DNA of 64,000 nucleotides from Phoronis australis (taxonomy: Eukaryota > Animalia > Phoronida). A program made the position numbers and the translations under genes. Position 1 is the first letter of the stretch; each line of letters opens with the position of its first letter. The stretch spans positions 238,546 to 302,545 of the forward strand of contig NMRA01000254.1 in NCBI GenBank assembly GCA_002633005.1, written 5' to 3'. The notes under the pieces were generated by a model, which did no database searches, was not told the DNA's origin, and saw only the letters and a program-made list of their open reading frames with translations. Positions 50,607-62,705 of this stretch are shown piece by piece.

Positions 50607-51037
50607 TTGCATGCTCCTAATTGAGCTAATGTGTAGCAGGAACTAAACAACAATGTTATTTTATCATCGTCTGTGCTAAATAGAGTGCAGTTGTATTCAC
50701 TGGCTACTTGTCAATGTCGAAACAAAAATTCTGAAAATGGGTGACCTTTGCACTATTGACGTAACTTGGAGGCTCACGTAACCCGCATCATGTATTTTGA
50801 GATATTCTGGCAAGTATTCATTTAAAGCTTTCATTTTTGTTCTCCAACACCGCGTCACGATACGTACTGGACACGGTTGAGTTAGTTACGGCGAATCATT
50901 TGCGACGCAAAACTCGTTCTTAAAAACACGTGGCATTTTTTATATTCACATTGAGGCTACATGATGTTTTTCTAACTAATTTGACCAACTTATCGCAGAC
51001 ATGAGGAATAAGACAGTGTGCTTGTTCCCCTTTTTAA
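50607..51037 (-). mobile_element. TTAA-flanked (Kolobok-type) repeat arm, inverted copy of 46638-46992
   Basis: reverse complement aligns along the whole upstream arm; ends gttcccctttttaa. Confidence 0.8.
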
Positions 51038-53044
51038 AAACACAAGAATTATCCGCCACCTTTCTCCCACAAGCCTGGATTTTGAACAGTTACACTGTAC
51101 GTGTCTGTGCTTGTGAATGAAAACCGTATGAGGATTTTACATCGCACCTTTGGCACCTGTATTGCCGATTAACAGTATAAAGAGAACAAAAAAGGAAAAG
51201 TGCATGCCGCTGATAAAACCACAGTTCGATTAAATGAATATACACTCGTGTAAACCATCTATTATTATCGAGTGTATATGGATAAACAATTACAAAGTTA
51301 AAAATTGACCTTCATAACATTTTACAAGTAACCTCACTTCATTTTTAACAGTACATGACATGGATTAACAGATGGACGTTGGGCTATGGATGTGAAGGGT
51401 AGCGTTATTTACGGAAATACACTTGGAGCGGCAATAAGCACACATTCCATCGGTGAAACTAAACGTTTGCGTTAGGCCGCTTACTGCTACTCAGATGAGA
51501 CGTCATTTTTAGTCTCGCAAATGACTGACAAGTCGTTATTGCTCGAGACTTATGCTCGGTGAACAAACTGACACGCCGATGCAAGTCAACTTGTAGTGTC
51601 TGGTATCGAGTGATGACGGAATTTCAGTTCTTTTCGAACCCAGAAATCTGTTTTTACCAAAGAACAACTCGAGACAAATATCATAACGGTAAGCGGCCAC
51701 TGAAAGTTGTTTTCGTGACGGAAAGTGGGTTTATAGCCACAAATAAATACTACTCCACCGGTGGATACTGAACAAAAAATTCAGAATTCAGTCAAATTGC
51801 GTGGAAGTAGTTTTTCCACTGTAAATATAGTTTGTGTTACGCAATGCGTTAGCAGGGCACACAATCTTGTCGCCGAACATACATGTAAGAGAACAGTGCA
51901 AACAAACTGCTGAACCCCGGAGTTCAATAACGCGAGGACCTAGCTAGAAAAGCAAGACTTCGTGAGATTACGCGAGATATGGCCGTGTATTTTCAGTGAG
52001 AGCACATGATTTCGGCTAGAGTTTTCTCGCCGCCATATAGTTACAGAACTCTACCCAGATACTTGTGTGTTTGATTCCATCAAGTTTTTTTGTTTTCCTA
52101 GTTCAACTTTACAATCAGATTGTAGGATTTAACTAAAATAAAATATACATCTAAGCGGGTCTTAATAGACAAAAAATGAACAAAGAAAAGAACATGCGAT
52201 GAGGAGTATCGAGAATAATTTGTAGTACACGATATCTGGAGGAGACAGAGAACAGTGATTTACAAAATTTAGCTTTACATTGATATTAAATAGTTCATTA
52301 TTGACCATATATTTGTAAAACTGTCCATTTCTATTTGTAACACATGTATTTCTCTGACTAATCATACACATCTAATTCTTTTTCCAATGTTGTTAATTTT
52401 GGAGGTTTACCTCTGAGACGTTGGTTATATAGTGAAAGTGAAATTTGCAAAGACATAAAATTAAGTTTTTCACTGGGCTGCATCTGTTTCCAAATAGAAC
52501 TGTAACAACATTATTTGCCAAAGAGATATGGGTTCTAAAATTCTTCTGTTATAATTACCTGCAGTGTTCGAAATACACGATGTCTCGGTGGCCAATGGAT
52601 TTGCGGACGGGCCAGTTAACATTCACATATAGGCCCCATGTGGATGTGGTCTCATATTCAAGTAACTGGCTCCACGGGCCAGCACATTTATTTGTTGAAA
52701 TTCAAACACTGATTATGTATCATTGTAATTAAAACCTGGCCACCCTTTATAAGTCAAAATTTCATTTTTAACAGATGTGCATTCAGGACAGTGCCCCTTA
52801 TTCTATTTCAATGAAACTTTTAAATTAAAATTTACCAATACATCTCAAAAATGCTGTTAGGAATTGTTGGTTATTCATTTAGTTTGGTTTATACGCCAAA
52901 TTAGATCGCAAAACGTAAGGTATTTTTGAAAAAAAAAACAGCGGCAGTTTTCGTCAATGGTGCCGTAAAATAAAACCAGGACTAATGTTAATCTTTTTGA
53001 GATTAGTATAGTTCTGTAGCAGCCCTTTGTTAATACAAACTTCG

Positions 53045-53842
53045 TTGAAAACACGACCAAACTTACAGAGTCGCTCGTAGTGTTGAAACAATCTCCTCTC
53101 TTCAGGTGTGCAGCGATGTACGTGTAGCAAAGCACCGAGAGACATCACAAACAAACACATTAAACCACTAGCTACATGTATACATTTCGAGACTGCATGT
53201 CTCATCATCAGGCAATAACATATACGAAGCGAAATAATCAGTGAAATTCACGTGACATCGGTAAGAGGGACCTACAAGCAGAGTGTGAATGTAAAACACG
53301 TTAGGAAGCCCATAAGCCTTTCGAAACAGAGCCAGCGTGTGGTACACACTTTGAACTGCTCATTCGACACAGCTTTTCGTGACTGATCAATAACGACTAC
53401 AAAATCTTTAGCGGAAAGTGTCATTTTCAACATAGCGAATGATGGTATTGTCTACTATTTCTTGCCTAGTTATATTTCGGCCATGTTGATGTAGAAAATG
53501 ATTAGTCAATTTTCACAGACAGGCAATTCACACGTGAACTTTAATATGGAAATGATTCTAGCACGGTCTGTAGGGTCAACAGTTCATCACGCGAACAGTA
53601 AACAAAGATATCATCGACATAGCGGACATAGATATGCTGAGCTGATAATTTCGCTTCGTTTATGTTCATTCCACTTATTGCCTGATGATGAGACATGCAG
53701 TCTCGAAATATAACTAGTGTTATGATTTGTTTGTTTGTTATGTCTCTAGGTGTTTAGCTACATAATTGCGAGATTGTTTCGAAACTCACGAGCTACTCTG
53801 TATCTAGCTTCCAAGCAAAACGTTTAGTCGGAGTTTTTGAGA
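53045..53842. repeat. Inverted repeat pair (about 200 bp arms), each with a hammerhead-like core as in Penelope-type pseudo-LTRs
   Basis: ttattgcctgatgatgagacatgcagtctcgaaat (53675-53709) is exactly mirrored at about 53184-53218; flanking arm homology on both sides. Confidence 0.7.
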
Positions 53843-55006
53843 TTGATAAATATATACTGAAACTAAAAAGTTCCTGTGAAATCCACCGATTTGCAGAAGC
53901 CGAGAAAAAGCGGAAAACGTCGCGAGACTTTAAAATCTCTCGGTTTTCGCTTAATTATTTGGTGACAACTTGTTTTTGTCATTATAACCAATAAATGCCT
54001 GAACCATGTTGGTTATTTTAACATTCACTCTCAATGTCAACTGAAATTGCAATGCGTAATTAGCTTAATTATCATCGAAACGTTTTAATTTTGTAAGTCA
54101 GATTTCAGTGACTCGTGTCAAACTAGGCGGGATCAGCTGTAAGTAGGTCAACATTTCAATGTGACGTACACCAGGCGACGCGGAGGCTGATATCAAGAAA
54201 CCAACTACCAAATGAGTTATAGAAATCACGCCGTGAAAACAAGATCGAAGCAGCGAAACGTCAAAATATCAAATTATTGAATTTGGGTTAAGATTTATCT
54301 TTTTTCACAAGTTGCTGTGTTCGTGAACTCAAAGTGTCAGACAACGACTCGGACTCGTGCATTTGTTCTAAACGGCCGTATGCACGTAGACGTGTGGCTC
54401 TCTCAGGATCAAAACTAAGTTTTCCGCGACATTTTTCTATGCAATGTGCTCCTTGTTCACCCAGTTAATGGTAGGACTGGTGTACAAACGGAACTGCTTT
54501 CTGCCTACCGTGAGACTCGATTTGAGTCACTTCTCTGCAGTCTTTGAACTTGGATAGGTAGCAAAAAATTACGTGCTTGAGGTAGGCCTGGGAAATCGTT
54601 TTTTCTATCACAAACAGGCAAGATGTCGGTTTTAAAGTTATCTAGATATGAAAATAAAAAAACTATTCCACACAATTAAAAAGTGAGGTCATACATGCCC
54701 TTAAGATATTTAAAATGTATATGTTATGAAGAGCAATTCTGACCCAACTGGTTACATTTCAGAAGCTGTATTAAGTGGCACTGTTGTTCTTATTTGGGCC
54801 TGCGCAGGCGCATGTGGAATAAATGTCCCACGTCATTTCCTGAATTCATGCTAATTTCAAAACGAATCATTTCACCTACAGTGAATGTCGACATTCTTTT
54901 TCATGGAATATTTCTCGCTATCTATATTTAAGAACGCATGAGCAGTCAGGTAGCTTGGATGTGAAAATATCGTATTTCTATGAAAGTCACGCCCCCAAAA
55001 CACAGA

Positions 55007-55285
55007 CCTGTGACCCGTTTGATGAAAGTGATTTCAGACTTAAGGCACTAATTTGGTCTTACGCTCAAACTTCACGTTGAATTACTGAAAAAGGTTTAGC
55101 TATGTAATTACAAGTGCACGGAAGTCTAGAAATAACTGCGTAATTTACCTAGTACTTAGCAGTAATGAATATTGTCTGGGAGGTTTTTGCACTTTTGCAT
55201 AAGTGAGACTTATTTTTCAGAAATAGTTGTTTGGAGCGTAAGGCCAAACTTAAGTCTGAAATCACTTTTCAGGAAGCAGACCCTA
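55007..55285. mobile_element. Harbinger/Tourist-type MITE
   Basis: aaagtgatttcagacttaag / cttaagtctgaaatcacttt IR plus inner ttggtcttacgctc / gagcgtaaggccaa IR. Confidence 0.7.
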
Positions 55286-56048
55286 GGGCTGCGTTCCGTA
55301 GATATATTCCGTACCTATGGATTTGCGTTGAGAAATTGTGACTTATGGAGCGGATGCAGTAAGTTCTATGTCATAATGTATGAATTAGCTTCCCTAACTC
55401 AACATTCCAATCTCACCAAGCAATCATTCCACAAGGCGCCATTTTGCTGGGGGTATCATACTAAGGTCTCGAGCATAACGGTGATGCTCTCGCTTTTCAG
55501 CCTCGTGACTTGAAGTTCGCTTTTCTTGCATGAAACTTGGCCTAGGAGACTCACACTAGTACGAGGTATACGTTTTGCCGTTTTTTTTTTATAGTCACCC
55601 CAAGGCTCCACGTGTGGATTTGCTATTATTATTTCAAACTCTCAGTGCAATATTCAGATCAGACGTCCACACCTACATGTACTACTTATTTCGATGTCAT
55701 TAACCGCTATTATAGCTTTATAAACTGACCATCGTAACTAATTTATTGGCATTAGTGCACTTTTGTTCCAGATGTCTCACATGGATGTCTTCGAATAATT
55801 TGCTTTGTTAAATACGGTCTTTGATGAAATTAAGTCGTAAACCAGATCGATACCCACGCAACTCAACTGATGAAAAAATGGCTATATATTTGTTACGAAA
55901 CCATAGCAATCAATACCTGCCGGACGTTCAAGGCACCCATCAACTGCATTTCTATCTATAAGAAAAATATTTTAATATCGTTTCTGGAGTTTCCAAAATC
56001 TGTCGTGCATAACAGTTTCGTAACACGACAGTAACCGCGGAGCAAGAC

Positions 56049-56713
56049 TTATTACTCTGCGCGTGTAAGCGCAGAGTACTGTTGTTCCTGGGGTTTCTTC
56101 AATTTTGTTCTTATTCTTATTACTGTGCGCGTTCAAGCGCAGAGTTTTACTGTTCTACGTATTTTATCTTCTTATTCTTATTATTCTTAATCTTCTTCTT
56201 CCTTCCTTTTCATATTGTTATTACTCTTACATTCATTCATTTAGAACAATAATATTCATTGTTATTGATAAGATAGGTAAGGGATTTATATTGATAATAT
56301 TTTTTCGACCCTAAATGCACTAGGATTACCTGAAACGGGTCAATTAGTGCATTTTTTCAAAATGCTTCTTCTACAGTTTTTCAGATATACTCTTCGAATT
56401 TTGTTAACAAGTAGGGAGTAAAGAAGTGCATCAGAAATTTACACGGATTTCCAATCGGACCAAGGGAACCGAGTTTCCGGGTCAAAAGTCATTAAGTGCA
56501 AAAGTGATTTTTGAGCTAGACCTAATAATGCACCGGAAGAGGTCAATTAGTGGAAAGGTCATCAAAAAATTAATATGTAATTTCTCCTACAATTTTAAAG
56601 AATTCCTTTTCATATTGGTAAACGAGTTGCTGTCAGTAACTTCCCATAATAATAACACTAATACGCACGCGCAGAGTCCGTTATTGTCACGCCGTGACAC
56701 TAATCTTTCTAGT
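56049..56713 (+). mobile_element. Helentron-associated (HINE-like) element with doubled 5' end
   Basis: 5' actctgcgcg..cgcagagt hairpin twice (about 56054 and 56122), (CTT/ATT)n microsatellite, two core repeats (ggtcaattagtg), 3' subTIR cgcgcagagt, hairpin tgtcacg-c-cgtgaca, CTAGT end. Confidence 0.78.
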
Positions 56714-56908
56714 TAGTGTTGTAATTGTCAACGCTTGGCAGTGTCTATTATACATATACAAATGTACATTTTATTGTGCGTCAGACGTCTACAAGCCACA
56801 AACTCGGACCCACTGAGCAACACTGTCGAACGGCCTTTGTTGGCTATGAGGCTCTTCACAACAGGAATTTTAAAGTCTGTCAGTTTATTTGATAAAAGAT
56901 GTGGAAGG

Positions 56909-57166
56909 TAGATAAACATTCGTCATTTCTTGTCAACCTTTATTGAAAGAATGATGGAGACCTAGAAGTACAAGTAAAGAGAATGCTTACTGTATAGCTC
57001 AAGGGTAATGACAATGTACTATAGACGGGATATAAAGTGAATACTCGTGGAAAAGGTGATAATCCCTACCTCTATGTAATTTCAACGTGTAGTCACTAAG
57101 ACAATGGTGGGAAGCTAGCTACAGAGACACCTAGTGGTTATAGTATAAACTATATATAATTCTCTA
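56909..57166 (-). repeat. 3' LTR (258 bp)
   Basis: direct repeat of 62719-62976 with 4 substitutions counted by eye; termini TAGA...TCTA. Confidence 0.97.
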
Positions 57167-57175
57167 CCTCCCCCT
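57167..57175 (-). promoter_or_regulatory. Polypurine tract
   Basis: AGGGGGAGG on the minus strand, directly abutting the 3' LTR. Confidence 0.9.
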
Positions 57176-60100
57176 AAGTTATGGAGGGACGTAATAACTA
57201 AGAGTAATGTATTATGAAGTAACAAAATCGTCCAGCCAGGCCGGTTTTCGACGTTCCCGAATAGACCGTCGAGGGGCCGGGGGTTCTGCAGCAGGGCAGG
57301 GCTCGGAAGAGCTCAGGACAGGCGGAGGATCTGTAGTGGTCACGTTAGGTGCTGGGTCGTGTGAATGACCGTCCGGAAGCTGTGCGTCGACGGTCCCGCG
57401 CGACAGTGAGTTATCAGGTGTGGGGGGTGGACCAGCGTTGCGAGTGACCAGTATGTCAGGGAGTGCAGGCCTGGCTTGGACGAGTGGCCGGGCAGGAATG
57501 TACTTCCGTAGAAACCGTCTGTTGCGGAGAGTGACACGTCCAGAGCCATGAACTCGCACGACGTATTGGTCGAACTGTCTCACCTCTATCACCAGGCCCG
57601 TCTTGTCCCAGCGGAGTGGCTCCGGTCCGGTTTGATTTTGGATGCGGACGAAATCACCGACAATGAGGGGACGAAGACGTTTGGTGTGCTCAGAGATCAG
57701 CTTCTCCGAGACCTTCATATGTCGATGGCGCAAAGCGGCCTCGCGCAGATTCAGGGTGTCAGTCCAGGTGTCGTGGGGCTTGTAGCGACCGGGCAATATC
57801 GGGATAAAATCTTTTATAGGACGACCGAAGACACATAGAGCTGGTGACAATCTCGTGTCTTTATCTGGGGTGTTACGGTACTGTAACATCGCCCGCTGAA
57901 AGGCAACCGTGTCCAGCTCGCCGTTTGGTCCAGTGTTGTCCGTAATGAGTCGCTTGATTGTTTTCACGCCAATCTCGGCTCGACAGTTGCTGTGGGGGAA
58001 AGCGACGGAGAAAACACGATGGTGGACACCCCATGACGAGAGTAGGTTCGTGGTAGCAGAGGACGTGAATTCTGGGCCGCCATCACTGGATAACTCGTCG
58101 GGTATGCCGAAAGTGACGAAACAACGGCGTAAACTGTCCACGAGACCTTTGAACCCCGAGTGAGCGCGCTCAACAATAGGCCAGTTTGAGTAACGATCGA
58201 CGATAACGAGGTAATGGAACCTTTATATGTGAAGAAGTCGGCACATACACACTGAAACGGGTAGACGGGTAAAGTAGGTGGTGTGGGAGGGGCATGTGGC
58301 TGGGATGGTGACATGCGATTGCAATGGTGACAACCCCGACGTCTCTCAGCAATGTCGTTAGTTATCCCTGGCCAGAAGACGGAAGCGTCAGCCCGAGCAG
58401 TCATAGAGGATATGCCTTGGTGGGCAGAGTGGAGCGAATCCATGATAGATGACCGTAAGGCAGGAAGAATGATGACGCGATCTTTATAGGTGATGACGCC
58501 ATCTATGGTGGACAGGTAGTCGCGAAACTGGTGGTAAGGCCGTAACGCCTCGGTTAAGGCTTCTCGTTGGTCGGGCATGCCAGATTCGATGATGCCTAAG
58601 AGGGTATGTAGGTCCTCGTCACTGCTGGTAGCCTCACGGACACGGTCCCATGTTACACATTTAAGGGAGGTAAGGGTGCAAGTGGCTGTAATGTGAACAC
58701 CGCGGTCAATATCAGTATCGATGGAAGCGACGTCGTCAGGGAGGTGAAGCTGCCCCCTTCTGCCGGTGGGGTGTCTGGAGAGAGCATCTGCCGCCTTGTG
58801 ACGCACGCCGGGGATGTGAACGATGGGGAAGCGGTATCGTAAGGTCTTCTCTTTGAGGTTGCGTAGGCGGGTGTTTGGGATATCCTCTAAAGCTCTGTCG
58901 GAGAAGACTTTGACAAGTGGTTTGTGGTCGACGGCGATCGTTAGGTCGGTGCATCTCAACACAAAGAAGCGAGCCTTGTCCAAGGAGTCAGCAACAGCCA
59001 GGGCCTCGCCTTCGATTGGGGCATATCGGGTTTCGGCAGAATGGGTGAACCTGCTGCCGACGAGTGTCACCTTCCAACCGGATGGACAACAGAATGGCCT
59101 CGTCTTGGAGCAATGGCAGTGTTTCTGCAGTAACCAGAAGCCGACTCCTGTCTTGGACCAATCGGTTGCCAGGCAAGTTGGTTTAGTCTTGTCAAAGATG
59201 CGCACACCTTCCTCGATCTGACGAATGATGACTTGCTTGGATTTGACAAAAAGTTGCTCCAGCTTTGTGCTCCAGACAAAGGGGGCTCCTTTCTTTAAGA
59301 GCTGGCGGAACGCCAAGGTCTCGTCGGCCATGCTGAATGCATACGAGACTTGGTTCAGGAGGCCAAATCAGGAGGGCATGTCGGTTATGTTTTTAGGCGT
59401 GGGGAACTCGAGTATGCTGTTCAGGTATTGCTTTGACGGGCGAACACTATCACTGGTGATTTCAAACCCGGCAAATTCGACAATGTCTTGGCCAAATGTG
59501 AATTTATCGGGGTTGAGGACAATTCCGTTTCGACCGCAGACATCCAACCATGCGCATGCCTGATGAAAGCTGTCTTCGAGGTTAGTTGCCCATAGTAACG
59601 TGTCGTCGACACATTTGGTGTGGTTGGGGATGTCAGCCACGATTTCGTCAAATCGACGAGTGTAAGCGTCGCCAGACGCAATGTAGCCTTGCGGAGCTGC
59701 GCAGTATCTGTAGCGACCCCAAGGGGTGATGAAAGTGGTGTAACGCAGAGAGGCACACTATGGTATCCATTCCACGCTTCGAAGACAGTCTTCTTCGTGC
59801 CACCGGGGATGGATCGAGCTTGGTGGAACGGGGAACGCGTGTGGTGCGTTTCTCGCAAGGCATGTCTGTTGAGGGGTTGCAGGTCTACAGTGCGACGACA
59901 CGTGCCATTTTTCTTCGCGCAGACGACCATCCGGTGGCACCATGTGACCGGTTCCCCGACTGGCACAGGTTCGATCACACCTAACTGGACGTCTTGGTCC
60001 AAGCCAGCTTTCACCTCAGCCTGCCAGTGGAGGGGAACTGGGACAGGGGAATGGTGTGCGACTGGGGTTGCGTTGGGGTCAATCATCAGGTGCATGGGCG

Positions 60101-61163
60101 GCCCGCTCATCTGGGGGAGCGGCTGATGTTGGCAGGTATTCAGAGTGCTGGCCTTGTAATAGTCCCGTAGAAAGGTCTCAAGCTCCGCCCTGTTGTCGTC
60201 AGTGGCCGGACAAGGCGGCGCAGTAGGTAGCGGAGGAGGTTTCTCACGCCAAGGACAGCCACAGGGTGCACAGGATTCAATTCCGTCAGTGTGGGTCGCA
60301 GGAGTGGATGCTGCATCACCAACGGTAGGGAAACTGTCCGTGATGAGCTGTAGGGCAACACAGGCCTCTCGGCTAAGGTAGAAGTTGTCCGTACTGTCAG
60401 TGACGTATACGATCTGTTTAGTGTGTAGGAGTTGGCCGTCGCTTGTTGCACCAGAGATATGGAGGAAAGTGGCACCCAGGATGCGGATACCTTCGTTGTT
60501 GGCAGCGTGCATCTTCATGTCGACTGGCACTAGATTGCGGCGTGTCACACCGAGGCCTTTAAGGGTCTGAAGTCCAGAGAGACAACTCTGGCATCCCGTG
60601 TCGGCCATGCATGCAATTTGAGCGTTCGGGTACCAGGAGGGTGCGAGGTCCGAGAATCCGAAGCGGGAGTAGTCATCTCTGGAGACACGAGCTGTGAGGT
60701 TGATGAAGGGTTGGGGTAGTGACCTTTCCCTCAACCAAGCATTTGTGAGCTCGTCGTAGTTGTGGTGACTCAGTGCGAGTGATCGTTTTAGGACCTGTGG
60801 GTGCGCGGAGATTTCACATAGGGAATCGAAGACAGCACTAGCGGTGTCGGGGGTTTTACCGTTTTGTGGTTTGCTGCGACAAGTGGCCTTATAGTGGTGG
60901 AGCTTGCCACAGTGTTCGCATGTGTGACCGTAGGCGGGGCATACAGTTCTGCGGGTTTGCAGCGGCGCTGTGCGGCCATGGCCCTTGCCGCCGCAATAGA
61001 TGCAGGGTGGCACGTGCTGTTTTGGTTGATTTTGATGTTGTTGTTGTCGCCGGTAGGTGCTGGCGGCTGCGGCACCGTGGGAGGCAAGGAGGCGGGTGGC
61101 CGATCGTTTACCAGCTTCCTTCGCTTCGACAAAGCGTAAGGTTTCTTCCAGAGTCATGTCCTG

Positions 61164-61564
61164 GGCCCGGTCTCCAATCTTTTTACTCGAAATGGAACTC
61201 GAAATTAGGTTTGGCATTTTCTACTCTACTTTTGGGCGAACTCAAGATAATTGTCTATTATTCTAAGCTCGAGTACACAATAACTTACGTAGATAATTTA
61301 TTGCCCTTAGTTCACAGTTTGTAAACCCAATATTAAAGCAATAAGTTCGAGTTTGAACTCGAAATTTCGAGTTTTTACTCGAGCTTGTAGCACGAACATA
61401 AGGGTCTTCAAGAGCAAACTTGAACTAGAAACTCCTATGCATAAACTATAATGTATTCGAGCACAGTCTGATAACCAATTATTTTATGTTCGCACAAAAG
61501 GAGCAGAGAAATTGCCAAGAATAGTTTCGAGTTCGTTTCGAGTACAAAGATCAGAGACCGGGCC
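61164..61564. mobile_element. PIF/Harbinger-type MITE inserted into gag
   Basis: GGCCCGGTCTC...GAGACCGGGCC termini with long imperfect TIRs, flanked by CTG / CAG; removing it restores LLGDNN-Q-DMTLEE in frame. Confidence 0.9.
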
Positions 61565-61692
61565 CAGGTTGTTATCCCCAAGAAGTTCAAGTTGAATTTC
61601 TGAGTCATTAATACCAAGGGATAGACAGTCGCGTATGATGGGGTCTGTGTAATTAACGGCGTAGTTGCAGTTAGGGCATGGTAAACTGAACT

Positions 61693-62648
61693 TGCAAATG
61701 CTGGCTTGGCCCCGCAAGCGGGCGCCGAAAGCGCGTATGGATTCGTCGCGGTTTTGTCGCATCCCGTGCAAGGTGGCCCTAGCGACCATTGCATTCTCAG
61801 CACGTACGGCCAGGGCGCGCATGGCGTGGAGGACATCCTCTTCCGTTCTCTCCGTGAGAGACCCTCCGGCGTTGCGGGTGAGGTCTTTGCGGAGTGGCTC
61901 ATCGCAACATTCCAGGAGTTGAATAATCCGGTCTTTGCCCGAGATGTTAGTCGCCGTGACGTAATCGGACCAGCGGGAAAGGAAATATTGCCAGTTCTCA
62001 CTCGTCCCAGCCGAGGCGATGTGAGGCCGTTTGACCTTTTCAGCAGGCACAGCATGAGGGTGGGAGCTACCAGGGACTGGTGACGTGTGACCTGTGGCGT
62101 GAGTTGTCAGTAGAGCGGCCACAATAGCGGGGTCGACGTCAGGCGTCATGTAGGGGCATCCCTCAATAGNTGCAAATGTTGGCTTGGCCCCGCAAGCGGG
62201 CGTCGAAAGCGCGTATGGATTCGTCGCGGTCTTGTTGCATCCCGTGTAAGATGGCCCTAGCGACCATTGCATTCTCAGCACGTACGGCCAGGGCGCGCAT
62301 GGCGTGGAGGACATCCTCTTCCGTTTTCTCCATGAGAGACCCTCCGGCGTTGCGGGTGAGGTCTTTGCGGAGTGGCTCATTGCAACATTCCAGAAGTTGA
62401 ATAATTCGGTCTTTGCCCGAGATATTAGTCGCCGTGACGTAATCGGACCAGCGGGAAAGGAAATATTGCCAGTCCTCACTCGTCCCAGCCGAGGCGATGC
62501 GAGGCCGTTTGACCTTTTCAGTAGGCACAGCATGAGGGTGGGGGCTACCAGGGACTGGTGATGTGTGACTTGTAGCGTGAGTTGTCAGTAGAGCGGCCAC
62601 AATAGCTGGGTCGACGTCAGGCGTCATGTAGGGGCAGCCCTCAATAGG
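61693..62648 (-). repeat. 478-bp tandem duplication of the gag 5' region (possibly an assembly artefact)
   Basis: two copies differing at about 21 sites, with a lone N at the junction (62170). Confidence 0.9.
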
Positions 62649-62705
62649 GCATTGAATGATCGGCATTGCGACGCTTGAGAAGTCGGCAGAAGTAGGTCAC
62701 TGAAT

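Larger units (their letters stand above)
57212..62666 (-). pseudogene. Disrupted single-ORF gag-pol polyprotein
   Basis: Gag zinc knuckles (CIYCGGKGH, CEHCGKLHHYKATC), protease ADTG, RT (AWNGY, TTFITPWGRY, APQG, CVDD), RNase H (TDWS, YAPIEGEALA, DHKPL, ADALSR), integrase HHCC + DDE (ADFF, SDGGPEF, RAEIGVK). Lesions: MITE insertion at 61164, short deletion/frameshift near 59746, TGA at 59368-59370, frameshift near 58218. Confidence 0.95.

Noticed and set aside
46638-51037. A single transposon that captured opsin exon 2 between its TIRs
   Set aside because: Exon 2 splices in phase with exon 1 outside the repeat; two independent opposite-orientation insertions is simpler
51340-51410. Candidate opsin exon 3 after ttttaacag
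   Set aside because: The required phase gives an early stop and there is no TM3 Cys or (D/E)RY motif; acceptors near 52773, 53749 and 55771 also gave no TM3-like sequence
57548-62561. Many plus-strand and alternate-frame ORFs inside the Gypsy element
   Set aside because: Shadow ORFs of the GC-rich gag-pol; no env-like or other independent gene is evident
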